A stretch of DNA of 64,000 nt from Felis catus (taxonomy: Eukaryota). The notes under the pieces are model-generated. The model worked only from the letters and a program-made list of their open reading frames with translations. It was not told the DNA's origin and made no database searches. Numbering within the stretch: the stretch's first letter is position 1; each line of letters starts with the position of its first letter. The stretch lies in NCBI RefSeq assembly GCF_018350175.1, contig NC_058368.1, positions 142,974,001 to 143,038,000 of the forward strand, read 5' to 3'. The position numbers and the translations under genes are program-made. Shown here in pieces: positions 36,924 to 47,900 of this stretch.

Positions 36924-39900
36924 GTGGTTAAATGTATGGGTTTCAAAGGATTCTCTAGATAGGTCATTAAGAATAAAAAGAAATAATTATGTGCTCAAAG
37001 ATTTAGGATACAAATATTCAGGATTAGGATTTAGCTCAAGGGTGTAAGTGATGACAACTTAAAGGTTACATGAGGCCAGGAGAAGGATTATGTTTCCCAG
37101 GAAGGTCCAAAGGATTTGCCATTCATCAAGAGTGTTAGAAATGAGCTAGTACATGGTGCCCCAGCATCACTATGAAGTGTAGTGTGGCTCTCTTCTGAGG
37201 CCAGGGCTAATGGCAGGAGAATCAGTTACAGAACTTAACTCACTGATAGCAGTGAGGATGAAAAGGCCCTGGAGTAAGAAAGGCTGGTGGTAGTATTTCA
37301 CCACCAGAAGCCAGAGGGTCACAGCGTCCAGTTATGGGAGGGTTAAGAGAACACAGCGTCTTGAAGGATAAAATAATTGTACAGCCAAAATGCACAGCTT
37401 CATATACATAGTCAAAACAGAGCAAGAGTGGATGAGTAGGAGGTTGAACAAAGTTACCCCAAAAAAGTCCTTTGCCCAGTCTCTGGACCTGAACCATTTT
37501 TCAGTTTTCAGACCTGGTGCCCAATGACTGAAGAGATGATTGGGTCTCAGGGGGAAGGACTCTGTAATACATAAAGATTTCCCCAGTGCTTCTCCAAAGG
37601 GATCTAGGCCATGTATGGCGTGAGTGTTCACTGCAGAAAGGGAAACTTTCAGACATTTCAAGTACTGTTGGACACAGGGTCCAAGTTGGTACTGATAGTC
37701 AAAGACCCAAAACTTTGTCCCAGGCTCTGTATTATAGTGAGGACACACACACAAGGGCCAGGTGATAAATAGAGTCTTACCCAAAGTCTGGGTCCACTCG
37801 GTCTCTGAACTCACCTGGTACTCATTTCCCAAGCCCTCCAATATATAATTGGGATTGATATATGTGGTGATTGGAGTCACCCACACATTGGACCTGTTGG
37901 TGAGAGCTCTGATAGTGGGGAAGGCCAAGCAGAACCTTCTGAGACTGCCTAACTCCCAGCAAGATAGTGTTACATCAGAAACAGTGTAACCCTGGAGAGG
38001 GATGGCAGAGATTAGTGCCACCCTTAAAGATGCAGGCAGGCTGGTCTCCCGCATATCTCTGTTTATTGCTGGTTTGGTCCTTGCAGAAACCAAATGTATC
38101 TTGCAGACTCCTGCTAGCTCAACCAAGAAAGAGCTTTGATCGCAGTCATCCAGCCAGATGTAGTTTCTTTGCGAGGACAGATAATATGGTATGTAGTATG
38201 CAGCCACTGGTTTGGTGAGTGTATATTCTTCTATACCAGTCAGGAAAGATGATCAGAAATGGTTTGCTCCAGGGCTGTGTTAAGTCTCCCACCATTTGTC
38301 ATCGTGTAGCCTGAAGACATCTGGACCATCTGGACATATCACAGAACATCATATTGATTCATTACACTGATGACATGATGACAGTCTGGCAGATGAGTAA
38401 GTAAGAGGGTACTAAAGTGCTAGAGAATTGGTAAGACACATGTACTCCAGACGGAGAGAGACACACTCTACAAAAATTCAGGTACTTGGCAACTCAGTAA
38501 AGTTTCTGCACATCCCACAGTCAGGAACATGCCAAAACATTCCCTTCAAAGTAAAGGGAAAATTGCTGCATCATGCATCCACTGTTACAAGAAGGAAATA
38601 CAATGACTGTGAAGCCTTCTTGGACTTTAGAGGTAACGGTCCTAACTGTAGAGCAAGTAGCCCTGCTGTTTAGAACAATGATTTCAGCACACTCTATGGT
38701 ATTTGAGATGTCAGTAGTACAAAAAGATACGACAAGAAGTTAATGACAAGTTCCAAAGGAACAACCACAACTCAGGCTCGTGGGGTTATGGAACAAGGTC
38801 ACCCCATCTGCAGCAGAGAGTTATGCCCCTTTTGTAAAATAGCTCCTAGCATGCTAACGGGTCCTGATAGAGCTGAAATGCTGGACTTTGGGATGCCAAG
38901 CAACCACAGTCTGGAACTGCCCATCATCAGTTAGGAACAAGTCATAAAGTAAGCAATCCATCATAAGATGGATATGGTACATTTGAGACTGAGTATGAGC
39001 AGGAAAAAATGACGCTGCCAGGGGCATGAACAGTGGATCCAGGACCTCATGGCATCCACTATGTAGGAGTGTCCCTTCTGAGTTCACACCAGTGGCCACA
39101 TGGATCTCCTATTCAATCAACTGAAGAAGGAGGAGTCCCCCTCCCCCATTTGGTTTATGGATGGGTGATTCAGCATTAGGCAAACACCCAAAGTGGATGC
39201 TGCCTGCATTATATAACTTATTCAAGGTGGCTGTGAAAAATGGTGATGAGACTCTTTGTGAAAGAAAAATCTTCCCAATGGGCAGAACTTCAGATGTACC
39301 TGGTCATCCACTTTGTGTGAAAGGGAAACTGGCCTAGAGCCAAAACATAGATGGGCTCTGGCCAATGGGGAACGGTCAGAAGCCTGGAAGGAGAAAAATA
39401 CAAATATCAGAGATAAGGAGGTCTGAAAAAGAGACATGTAGACAGACATATGAGAGTGGGAACAAGGTGTGAAGATTTTTATATTGTATTTTAATACCCA
39501 TCAGAAAGCACCCACATGGTCTGAGACCCAAATGACCAAGCAAAGTAACTTGACTAGCTGACATTCACTGGCATGATACGCAAACAGATGACATGATCAC
39601 AGTGAAAGAGATAGACGCTTTGCATGGGTTAAAAAACATGACTTCCACTTATGAAGGTCAATCTAGTGATTGTCTGCTTTGAATCAATCTGCCAGCAATA
39701 GACACCAATGTGGAGACTAACTGGCCACTTGGTAGCAAATGGTCTACAGGGGGCCATTTTCATCCTGGAAGAGGCAGTGGTTTTTCTCACAGGACTAGAA
39801 ACTTAATCTGGGTACGGGTTTGCCTTTCCTGTGCACTATCAAGCCACTTATAGAATGCCTGATCTACAGACATGAAACAACATAAGATCCAATCAGGGAA

Positions 39901-40798
39901 CTCATCTTACAGGTCCAGTGATCATGTCATATACTGTGTCATCTAGAAGCTACTGGCTAAATAGAGTATTGGTGTGGCATGTTGAAGGTACAGCTGTAGC
40001 ATCAGCTCAGCGGCAACACCCCAAAAGGATGGGGGTACCATCCTCCAAGACATATATAAACATTGAATTACAGAACTTTATATAGCACTATGTCCCCAAG
40101 AGGAAGAATACATGGGTCCACGAACCAAAGGATGGAAGCAGGAGTGGCCTCCCCGTCACTTTGAGTGACCAACTGAAGGCCCCACAGCTCTGAATTCTGC
40201 AAGGTTAGAGATCCTGATGTTCAAAATACATATGCTCTTGTCACAAGATAGCCAAGACCTTATTGAACGATAAGCTACAGCTGCCACTTGAACACTTTGG
40301 GCTCTGTGTGGCCAGAAACTAGCAGGCAAGAATAGGAATCACCATCTCGTTAGGGGTAATTAACACAGCAGAAGGAGGCAGGGCTTGTGTTACTTGATGG
40401 GAGAGGGGAGGAACATGCATGGAACTCAGGTGGCGACTGGGTGCCTCTTGGTACGTACTTGCCTAATTGTGACAAGTGTAATGATGTGGTAATGGAGGTA
40501 GGGTCAGGTAAACGCAGGTAAGGTCACCAGGAGCTCAGACCCCTCAAGAATGAGCGTTTGGGAAACACCACCACGCAAACCACTGAAACCAACAGAGTGA
40601 GGGATTTTAGAGCAGGCAGTGGAGAAGGGACTTAATGAGTACCAGTTTTGGCTGTGAGACCAACCACAGCTGTGGAGGCTGTAATCTCTTTACTTCCTTC
40701 TTCTAACTTTCCCCTCAGGAAGAGGAGCCAACCAGAGCCCTGATGGGGCCGCTCCCCACATATGTTATGAAGTAGATCCACGGACACACAAGGTAAAC
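36924..40798 (+). pseudogene. Decayed ERV-L (ERV3-16A3-like) internal region: protease, RT, RNase H, integrase and dUTPase remnants
   Basis: FQVLLDTGS at about 37656-37682 (protease). FSIPVRKDDQKWF and HLDHLDISQNIILIHYTDDMM at about 38227-38380 (RT, YxDD). WFMDG at about 39150 and KSSQWAEL at about 39267 (RNase H). W*QMVYRGPFSSWKRQWFFLTGLET*SGYGFAFP at about 39730-39830 (integrase). KLQLPLEHFGL...ITISLGVIN at about 40270-40365 (dUTPase). Many stops, frameshifts and deletions. Confidence 0.88.
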
Positions 40799-41150
40799 TG
40801 GCAGATGTGGGGATGTGTCAATCAGATCGTCTTTTAAGAAAGGACTCACTCTGCAGCTGCAAGGAATGTGGTTAGCTGGCTGACAGTCTCTCCAGCTGTT
40901 TGTGTCTTCAATTTCTGGTTACCATCCTATGCTTTTCTCAGGGTTGTCCCCAGTTAATGACTGAGCAAGGCCTAATCATTTCCACTCAATGGGGGAAGTT
41001 TAAAGAATAACCTTTGTTCTGGAGCTCCCTGTTGGAGTAGCCTGCCCAGTCCTGCTTCTGCCCCTTTTCTTTTACAGGTGTTACCGCCCGCCCCCTCCCC
41101 CGCCCCCCATAAACTTTTGCATCTGCTTCTGAGAGACTCTAATAGAGACA
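40799..41150 (+). mobile_element. LTR16-like 3' LTR of the ERV-L provirus
   Basis: cagatc...aaggact...ctgacagtctctccagctg...cccagttaatgactgagc...ttacaggtgtt...cataaacttttgca...gagaca. Confidence 0.75.
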
Positions 41151-42331
41151 GATGCATCCATTAGGCCACTGAACTCAAGTCATTCCCTGTTCCCAGTCCT
41201 GGGATGTGTGACCCAAGTAATAGAACTGCTGTTTTCTCACATGTTAAACTAAAGACTTGTTCCTTTCAAAAGTACATTACATGATTGATGTGAGGATAAA
41301 ATGAAAATGTGCAGGAAAATGCTATGTAATTTGAATATTGCTATGTAAATGATTACAGTCTTTATTAAAAGGCCTACAGAGTTAAATCATTTTGCAGATT
41401 ACCTAACAGTCCTCAATAGTTAAAAAAAAAATTCACACAGATAATTGTTTTCAAGGCCTTTCAAAGCTGTTAAGGTGATGTGGTTTTCTATGGCGTTACT
41501 AACTCCTAGAGAGTAATTTATATACTCAAAGATCTTGCTTGACTGACAATCAGATGCCTACCTAAATAAAGAATTGTCGAGTAGTATACAGTAAGCTGCC
41601 ATGGGAATTTTGGTTTCTTTCTTTTCATTTCTAGGATAACAATTACTTAGAGGAAATGAGAAACATCGAAACAACCCTTTTGATCAAACACAGTGACCAG
41701 AGTATTTGGGGAAAATGCTTAATACCTGTGTGACCACCAAACAATGTTCTCCTGCACTATTGTGATCAGACACAATTTAATATCTGTGGATAAATATTGC
41801 AATTTTAATAAACATAATAAAAATATTTCCTATGAACATATCCTTTTAATGCTCATTCTTGGTATTCATAGTTATCTGTAATGTACTATGACAGCTAGTG
41901 ATCATGTCATCACTTTTTATCAGAAAAACTTTTAGTGGTACATTTTTAGCAGAAGACAGGAAAATAATGTTTGCTTACCTGGTGATACAGATTTGCAATG
42001 GGTTTTCTGTCTCTCTTTCTTCCTGCCTTTTGAAAGTTAGATCTCTGATTTATTTGCACTAGAGAGTTGGCACAAGTTCGGTTACAAGACTTGAAAATTT
42101 GTGATTCCACATAAAGAATAGTAAAAAAAGAGTTAAAAAATCTGTCCTTTCCCCTTTTTGCTCATCCTGCCCCAATTTTTTTTTTTTTTTTTTTTTTTCG
42201 GTACAAGTAGATCTACAGTTCTACAATGTCCTCCTGAGTGATAGGGTTAAAACTTTTGGCTGTTTATTCAGATGTCAGTATACTGAAGTAAACCTAGATA
42301 ATGGTTTTAATCCAAATGGTTTTGCATAAAT

Positions 42332-42501
42332 GGGGCGCCTGGGTGGCTTAGTCCGTTAAGCCTCCAACTCTTGGTTGGGGCTCAGGTCATGATCTCACAG
42401 CACAGGAGCTGGAGCTTGGAGTCGGGTTCTGAGCTGACAGCACAGAGCCTGTTTGGATCCTCTGTCTCCCTCTCTTTCTCAAAACAAATAAACTTAAAAA
42501 A
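42332..42501 (+). mobile_element. CAN-SINE (older subfamily), about 1 kb upstream of the JMY island
   Basis: ggggcgcctgggtggctt head with an A-tail. Confidence 0.88.
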
Positions 42502-43249
42502 ATGAAATATGGACAAAAGTAAAAGAATAATTCCCATGGTACTTTACTGTGGACGCAGAATACACTATGAATGGAGTGCTAATGCGAAAGAGAATGCCAA
42601 TAATATAAACTAGATAAGATCCACCAGGCAATTTTAAAAATGTGTTTCGTCATCGTTCAGCAAAAGTAGAATTCTTCAGATTTACATGATTTTTTTTTTG
42701 TATGTGCATTCTGTGATCTCTGATGATTGAATTCAACTTCAAAAGGGTTTAAGCCAGTGACTTCAAAACGAGGTTCACAGAACAGTACACAATGATGATA
42801 TCAGAAGCAATAAAACACGGCTGAACTGGAACGTAAACATTCATACTATTAGAACAAGACTAAATTTTCATTTAATTTAATTTAGTTTTGGAGTTCTCTT
42901 GGGTTGTCTTCAGACAATTCTCTTTCATATCTTAAACGGTGTCTCAAGAGTGTTAGGGAGAATCCAACAATCTGGGGTATCCTAGTAAAGTTTAGCACAT
43001 AGCTCCTGTGATGTTACCGAGTATTTTCTGAATATAGGAGTTATCGATACCGACTTCCACCAGAGCGAAAGCAAACACATTTACATTTCAAGGTGCCTTT
43101 GAATGACGGGGCTTCGAAAAATCTCAGTTCCTCCACCTTTGTTCCTTCCTTCTCGAGACTCAGAGGCACCTGTACCGCAAGGCACACCTGGCACTCCGAC
43201 CGTCTCCAGAGCCAGCAGACTGACTGCTGTCAACCGCCGGCTCCAGTCT

Positions 43250-44992
43250 TGGGAGAAGGAGTCTGCGCGGAAAGATGGACAGAGTCCTGCGCGCGGCCGC
43301 TTGCAGGCGAGGGCGGGGGACGCCGAGGGGCGGAGCCGGCGCGCGCGCACGGGGTGTGCGCGCCGCCGCCGCGTCACCAGCGTGCGGCACGTGCCCGTGT
43401 TTACGTCCCTCGTGGAGCAGCCTACGTCAGCAGCCAAATGGCAACATTGTGGCGATTCTGAAGCTCAGAGTTTAGGAGACGCGTCTCTCCGTCAGGCCGG
43501 CTCCCGGCGGTCGGGAAGAAGAGAAGAAGGAGGAGGGGCGGGGAGATCCGCTTGGACGAGCGGCCGGTCTTGACCGCCTACCGGCCTGCCTGGCCCCGCG
43601 GGACCCGCGCCTCACCTTCAGAGAGCCGAAGACGCAGCACCGCGGCCTCGCGCTGGGGGTGGCCGGGTCGGACGCGAGGCGCCGCCGCAGCGCGGGGCTT
43701 GTAAACAGATCCAGCCGCACGTGACCATGTGAACTACCTGCTCCGGGGACGCGTATTGTCTTTCCCGCGAGCCCCGCCACAAAGAAGCGCGGCGGGTTCG
43801 AGTGCTGAGGGCCGGGCGAGCGAGCGGGGAGAGCCGGCTGGCGCGCTAAGATGGCCGAAGGCGCCCAGCGAGGGTGAGCAGGGGGCGCGGTGCAGCCAGC
43901 CGGTGAGTCTTCGGGCGGGCAGGGCCCTCGGCGCCTCCCCCGCGGCCTGGCTCCGGAGCCACCATGTCTTTCGCGCTGGAGGAGACGCTCGAGTCGGACT
44001 GGGTGGCCGTGCGGCCCCATGTGTTCGACGAGCGCGAGAAGCACAAGTTTGTCTTCATTGTGGCCTGGAACGAGATTGAGGGCAAGTTTGCCATAACCTG
44101 CCACAACCGGACGGCCCAGAGGCAGAGGAGCGGCTCCCGGGAGCAGGCTGGGGCGCGAGGGGGCGCGGAGCCCGGAGCACCCACGTCGGACGGGACCCGC
44201 GGGCCGGGCAGTCCAGCTGGCAAGGGCCGGCCCGAGGCCACGGCCTCTGTGATTCTGGGCAGGAGCCCGGGACCCCGGAGGAGTCCGGCCTGGGCGGAGG
44301 GCGGCTCTCCGCGGAGTGCGCGCAGCCTTCGAGGGGACCCGCTGCTGCGGAGTCCGGCCGGCAAAGGGGCGGAGAGCCCTCTCAGAAGCCCAGTGCGGGC
44401 CCAGACTAGCCCGGTTCGAAGGGGATCTGAAGGCAGAGATGTGGCGGGGGCCGCCCCTTCGGCGCCTCCGGAGGCCCCGATGTCCTCGGTGCGAGTAGTG
44501 AGCGCCTGCGGGGCGGTCTCCGAGGAGATCGAGGTGCTGGAAATGGTGAGGGAGGACGAGGTGGCCCCGGGAGCCCTGGCGCTCTCGGACGCGGAGCAGC
44601 CGCCGCCTACCGCCGAGCTGGAGTCTCCGGCAGAGGAGTGTAGCTGGGCTGGGCTCTTCTCCTTCCAGGATCTGCGTGCTGTGCACCAGCAGCTGTGTTC
44701 TGTGAACTCGCAGCTGGAGCAGTGCCTACCCGTGTTCCCCGAGGAGCCCTCTGGCATGTGGACCGTGCTGTTTGGGGGGGCCCCAGAGATGACCGAGCAG
44801 GAGATCGACACTTTATGTTACCAGCTCCAGGTCTACCTGGGCCATGGCTTGGACACCTGCGGCTGGAAGATCCTGTCCCAGGTACTTTTCACTGAGACCG
44901 ACGACCCTGAGGAGTATTACGAAAGCCTTAGCGAGCTGCGGCAGAAGGGCTACGAAGAAGTGCTTCAGCGGGCCAGGAAGCGCATCCAGGAG
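43250..44992. promoter_or_regulatory. JMY: CpG island containing the JMY promoter, 5' UTR and exon 1
   Basis: Abrupt switch to very GC- and CpG-rich sequence. Contains GC boxes (GGGCGG at about 43311 and 43329), GCGC-rich NRF1-like stretches, CACGTG at 43388 and 43718, TACGTCA at 43423, and YY1-like AAATGGC/AAGATGGC. The exact TSS cannot be determined. Confidence 0.9.
43964..44992 (+). CDS. JMY: JMY (junction-mediating and regulatory protein; p53 cofactor, WASP/WHAMM-family actin nucleator), first coding exon, 343 codons
   Basis: Translation MSFALEETLESDWVAVRPHVFDEREKHKFVFIVAWNEIEGKFAITCHNRTAQRQ...CSWAGLFSFQDLRAVHQQLCSVNSQLE...YYESLSELRQKGYEEVLQRARKRIQE is the recognisable JMY N-terminus, including the WVAV LIR motif. 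Kozak context is CCCACCATG. The exon ends at a phase-0 donor GAG|GTAAGA at 44992/44993. Confidence 0.97.
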
Positions 44993-47900
44993 GTAAGAAC
45001 CTAGTCTGGGCTGCAGCAGTCCTTGCTTTTAGTTGCTCACTGCCGGGGGTTGAAACCTCAGTCTGGACTGTGCGCATTTGGGAAACTTGTTTTTCTGGAC
45101 AAGAGAAGAGGAAGAAGATGGGTTCCTTACCATTCTCCCCCTTAATTCCTTTCAGTGGTAGGAAAACCGTGCTTTACCTTTATTGGCCCTCTGAAGGAAC
45201 TTTGATATAAGTCTTTAGATTTTTTTTCTTCCATTTATCAAATAGGTTCTATATAATAAGAGTGCGGTTTACTCCTCCGTGCTGGAAATAAAATTAGAGC
45301 CACTGAGGCCAAAGGCGTCAGGTAAATGGACACCGTGTGTTCATTTCTCTCTTGCCTCTCTTTCCAGCAATAACTGCCCAGATGTTAACCCTACTTTTCT
45401 GGTCCTGTTCATTTACTCATAATAGTTTATCTTTGGGAATACACTTGGTCTTTTTTTTTTTTTTTTTATCTTCATATGTAGTTTGGCAACTTAGGCAAAT
45501 TTTAAATTCGTTTTCCTCCAAATGAGTGGCCTGTCTAAATGAAAAGGCACCACTCTCCATTGGATGCAAATGTGTTTTTAAAGGTTTATAACTACTCTCG
45601 GAATCTCTCAAGTCTTGATAACTGGCTCATGTTTCATTCCTGTTTTAGGGAGGGAAAAGAAGGTCCTGGGCAGGAATGTTTATTATACTTTGTGTCCTTC
45701 TAAGAGTAAAAGTAGTACCAAGCCTTTTCAAACTTTCTTAGGCTTAAAATTACATGAAATAATGGAAAAAGTCTGCATGGGTATGCATGCGGAGCTCTAC
45801 AAGCAAGATAAGATATGCATAATTTGAGGTTCTGCCTACAGAACAGCTTATGCTGAAGGAACTTTACTAAAAGTATTCCAAAATATATTTTAGTTTTCAG
45901 GTAGTCTGTATGGTTCAGTCTGTATAGAGTGTGCAACTACTGATCTCCTGGTTGAGTTGGAGCCCCAAGTTGAGTGTAGAGATTACTTAAAAATAAAACA
46001 TCTTGGGAAAAAAAGATACACTTTAGTTTTTACCAATGGACACTAACCTATTTCCTCAAAGCTACTATTTTTAGTATTACTACTAATTGAGGTTAGAGGT
46101 GGGGTGGGGAAATGCTCCTTTTTATGGTGTTTATATTCCTGACATTGTGTTGTCATCTGTTAACCATGCCTGTGTTTATGTAATACTTGAATCCTGCTAT
46201 TAAGGCTAGGATGCTCATCTCCTGGTTTCTTCATAGAATAGTATGGTATTTTTCATTGCTAGACTTGGAGACTTAGGAAATAACTTTTTGTTTCCCTAAT
46301 CCCACAGTGCTCTCTTAAAACTTAATGAATTCAGGTTTTCATTCCTTCCTGTTAGTTTATTTAGTGCTAAGCATCACCCACCTGGTAATGTGATCCTAGA
46401 GTTCCAGTGATCTGTTTTTATTTTCCACCTTATCATCTTCTGGCATCTGTGTTCTCCCTTAAATTCTTTTTGGAAGGAAGTGACAAATTTTAAATGGTCA
46501 CATATATTTTCTTTAGAGTTTTGTTAAAACTGACCTGTATTTTTTTTTTTTAAACTGGAAGGACAAATTAGTGCTTCTTTCTCTTACACTTTTTTGTTAC
46601 ATTTTGCAATTCTTACATTTCTAAAAATGTAGGCAGGTTTAGTTTTAGTTTTGTTGATATTCAGAAAAAGTAATTTTGTCTGGTTTAATTCAAATAGGGT
46701 CAAAAATGAGGATTGCCAAAAAATGTAGTTAATTAATTACAGTTATCTGGAACTCTTCCATGGGGGTGGAGTGTTACATTTTTTTAAAAGAATATCTTTT
46801 CCTAATTAAGGTTATATTGACCATAATAAATTCTCCTTAATGGAGAGAGGTTTAAAGTTTTAAAGAGTATTTTGTGTTCTGGAAAACAACTCAGATGAAG
46901 TTTATTGTAAATTCGTTGGACATTAAATACGTACATACATTTTTGGTGCTTCATTTAGTTGGCTTGAACAGTATTTGAAAAATAACAATAACAACAAATT
47001 CACTTATAGTGCTCACCCTGATAGCTACTGGAACTTTATTTTGAAAGAAATGAGGCTTAGTGGGGGAAAAAAGGGTGGTGTGATTTAATTAGTGACGTCT
47101 GCTCTGGGCTTGATAATGGGAGTTTAAGAACACACCAGCCTTGTTTTTGTTGTTGTTCCCTAACTGCTTAAGTTTTTTACTATTTTAATAGTTTGTAATA
47201 ACTTTTTTAAAGTAAAATATTTATGGAAATTTTGTCAGTTTAGTACTAATGATTCTGTTTAGTTATTACCTCTCATTGAATGGTTTTTTCCCAATTTCGA
47301 AGTTGACTTAATTTGTGGCAGTGGCTATAGGTGTTCAAGCCAGGTGTACCTGGTAAATTAAACACATTTTTAGATACATGTTACTAGAAAATTTAGTCTT
47401 TGGTTATGGTTTTCCCTCTTTTTAATTTCTCTGGGTCTATTCTGCTTTTTTTTCCTCCATAATATTCCTTTTCCTATCTATTTAAAGGCTTCAGCTTAAA
47501 AACCACACCTGTTTTTGTTCAAAATACTCAGTAAATTGTTGAAAGGAGTTGTGTTTTTTTGTTTTTTAATTTTTATATATATATATATATATTTTTTTTT
47601 GTTTTTTAAGTAGAACAGACTGTACTGCTAGATTGTAAACTTTTCAAGGTCACTGGCCTTGATTGTATCTTGGAATTCTCTTTGCCATCCCTGGATCAGG
47701 GCCATACATCTTGTGAGCACTCAATATTTGTGGACCAAGAACATGAGAGGTGGTTGTTTTTTTGTTTGTTTTTGTTTTGTTTTTTTAGTATTATGAGAAT
47801 TTAAAGGATTTGGAAGAATCTTTTTGATTTATAGTTGTAGGTAAATAAAATTTTAAAAATTGATAAATGTAAATTCCTTAAGGGACTGTACAATTTGAGA

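Noticed and set aside
43081..44895. Long alternative ORFs over the CpG island (404 aa and 321 aa on -, 156, 122 and 116 aa on +)
   Set aside because: Shadow ORFs caused by stop-codon depletion in GC-rich DNA or the antisense register of JMY. They are Arg/Pro/Ala/Gly-rich with no recognisable domain.
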